Positions 30,896-32,000 of a stretch of DNA of 32,000 nt are shown piece after piece. Below the pieces are notes generated by a model. The model saw only the letters and a list, made by a program, of their open reading frames with translations. It did not search any database and had not been told where the DNA came from. How positions within the stretch are numbered: position 1 is the first letter of the stretch; every line of letters begins with the position of its first letter. The stretch comes from Mycolicibacterium smegmatis (GTDB lineage: Bacteria > Actinomycetota > Actinomycetes > Mycobacteriales > Mycobacteriaceae). The stretch lies in the NCBI RefSeq assembly GCF_001457595.1, contig NZ_LN831039.1, positions 5,820,001 through 5,852,000 of the forward strand, written 5' to 3'. The translations under genes were made by a program, and so were the position numbers.

Positions 30896-32000
30896 ATGGC
30901 ACGGATACCCGACTACGTGAAGGTCATCGATCTGGACAGCGGCCGCCGCTACGAAGTGCGACCCGAGGTCACCGGCGCTGACGGCAAACGGAGGCAGAAG
31001 CGCAAGCGGTTCAAGACGTTGAAGGAGGCTGTCGACCACTACACGGCCATCGCCGGTGACCGCGGCCGCGGCGTGCACGTTGCGCCGTCGGAGCTCACTG
31101 TCGAGGATGCCGTGGACAGCTGGTTGCTCGGGCAGCGGATCAGACCCAAGACCATGAGCGCGTACATCACGAGCCTTCGACCGATCGTCGACCACCTCGG
31201 GAAGCGCACCGTCCAGTCCATCACCAAGGACGACCTGGAACAGGTAGTGCAGGCGCTGCGCGCGGGCACGTCGAAGATGGGCACCTGGAACGCCCCCACC
31301 AAGTTGACGAAAGCCGCGAAGAAGGTCCGCTCCCCCTGGGCGCCCAGCAGCATCAACCCGATGCTGGCCCGCACCCGGAGCATCTTCGAGGATCTTGTGA
31401 ACCAAGGCGTCGTGGTTCGGAATGTCGCCGCCCTGGTGAAGCCCCTCGCGACCGACACCGAGAAGACGATGAACACGTTGAACGCGGAGCAGGTCACCCA
31501 GTTGCTCGCCGTGACCGACTCGCATTGCTACGGAATCGCCTGGCGGCTGGCGGTTCTCGGCCTGCGCCGCGGCGAGATCCTCGCGTTGACGTGGGACGCG
31601 GTCGACTTCGACGCCGGCACCCTCGCCATCTCCGCCGCGCGGCTCGCCACAGCGGGCGGCGCCACGACCGGAGCCCCGAAGACGAAGACCAGCGTGCGCA
31701 CCCTCCCGATGCCCGACGACTTGACCGCTGCGCTCCGCCGCGTCCGGAAGCGTCAGAAGGAACAGAAGCTCGCGCTGGGATCGAAGTGGACCGACAGCGG
31801 CTACGTCATCGTGGACGAGTTCGGAGTCGCGCCGTATCCCGACACGTTGACCGCTGCGTGGCGCAAGGCACTCGCCAACGCCGGTCTCCCCCACGTTCGG
31901 CTGCATGATGCGCGACACAGCTGCGCGACCTTGATGCACCTCTCGGGTGTGCCGACCGTGGTGATCGCGGCGTGGCTCGGCCATCAAGATCCCGGCTTCA
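30896..32000 (+). CDS. int: Tyrosine recombinase / phage-type integrase (partial; runs off the window end)
   Basis: Absent from the ORF track because it is open-ended. From ATG 30896: MARIPDYVKVIDLDSGRRYEVRPEVTGADGKRRQKRKRFKTLKEAV... Catalytic-domain motifs LGLRRGEILALTWDAVDF, HDARHSCATLM and WLGH. ATG 30884 and GTG 30830 are in-frame alternatives. The 388-aa minus-strand ORF here is antisense. Confidence 0.88.
   Translation, partial: MARIPDYVKVIDLDSGRRYEVRPEVTGADGKRRQKRKRFKTLKEAVDHYTAIAGDRGRGVHVAPSELTVEDAVDSWLLGQRIRPKTMSAYITSLRPIVDHLGKRTVQSITKDDLEQVVQALRAGTSKMGTWNAPTKLTKAAKKVRSPWAPSSINPMLARTRSIFEDLVNQGVVVRNVAALVKPLATDTEKTMNTLNAEQVTQLLAVTDSHCYGIAWRLAVLGLRRGEILALTWDAVDFDAGTLAISAARLATAGGATTGAPKTKTSVRTLPMPDDLTAALRRVRKRQKEQKLALGSKWTDSGYVIVDEFGVAPYPDTLTAAWRKALANAGLPHVRLHDARHSCATLMHLSGVPTVVIAAWLGHQDPGF

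Noticed and set aside
23995-32000. tRNA gene or obvious att direct repeat marking the island borders
   Set aside because: I could recognise no cloverleaf-like sequence, nor a repeat of the left junction, inside the window. The integrase-proximal end lies beyond 32000, so this cannot be decided here.

Overview
High-GC actinobacterial chromosome, most like Mycolicibacterium smegmatis. That assignment is an inference from partial synteny with the M. tuberculosis Rv0853c-Rv0860 block, a 1173-aa carboxylic acid reductase and IS6120-like insertion sequences. (1) 1-20 kb is core metabolism. It holds fadA-fadB, a divergent RidA/MarR pair, and a plus-strand operon marR-aminotransferase-(unknown aldolase/malate-synthase-like gene)-allantoicase-puuE. 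It also holds a convergent GntR / NCS1 permease / allantoin-racemase-like unit, an LLM oxidoreductase, and a tandem USP preceded by two DosR-like boxes. The remaining genes are alpha-methylacyl-CoA racemase, alpha-keto-acid decarboxylase, an SRPBCC protein, a zf-UBP protein and CAR. (2) 20-24 kb is one uninterrupted minus-strand string with overlapping stop/start codons. It joins the 3' remnant of an actinomycete gas-vesicle cluster (gvpL-gvpS-gvpK) to a patatin lipase, a PlsC-type acyltransferase, a DUF218 protein and a small secreted protein. (3) 24-32 kb is a visibly lower-GC accessory island ending in a tyrosine integrase gene that runs off the window. The island carries immunity-type genes: SMI1/KNR4-SUKH, GAD-like+DUF1851 (Tdi1-type), DUF4926 and an unknown 207-aa protein. 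It also carries a DUF6883-like orphan module, a small metallophosphoesterase and a possible zinc-ribbon ORF, but no full-length toxin. Two identical 1488-bp IS256-family copies sit in inverted orientation 1479 bp apart. Each has its own perfect 9-bp target duplication and each splits a gene, and both pre-insertion genes can be rebuilt in frame. Intergenic structure includes two 48-bp REP-like palindromes, a 26-bp perfect-stem hairpin between convergent genes, and a twin-palindrome operator candidate for MarR. All family assignments come from reading the translations; no database search was run.
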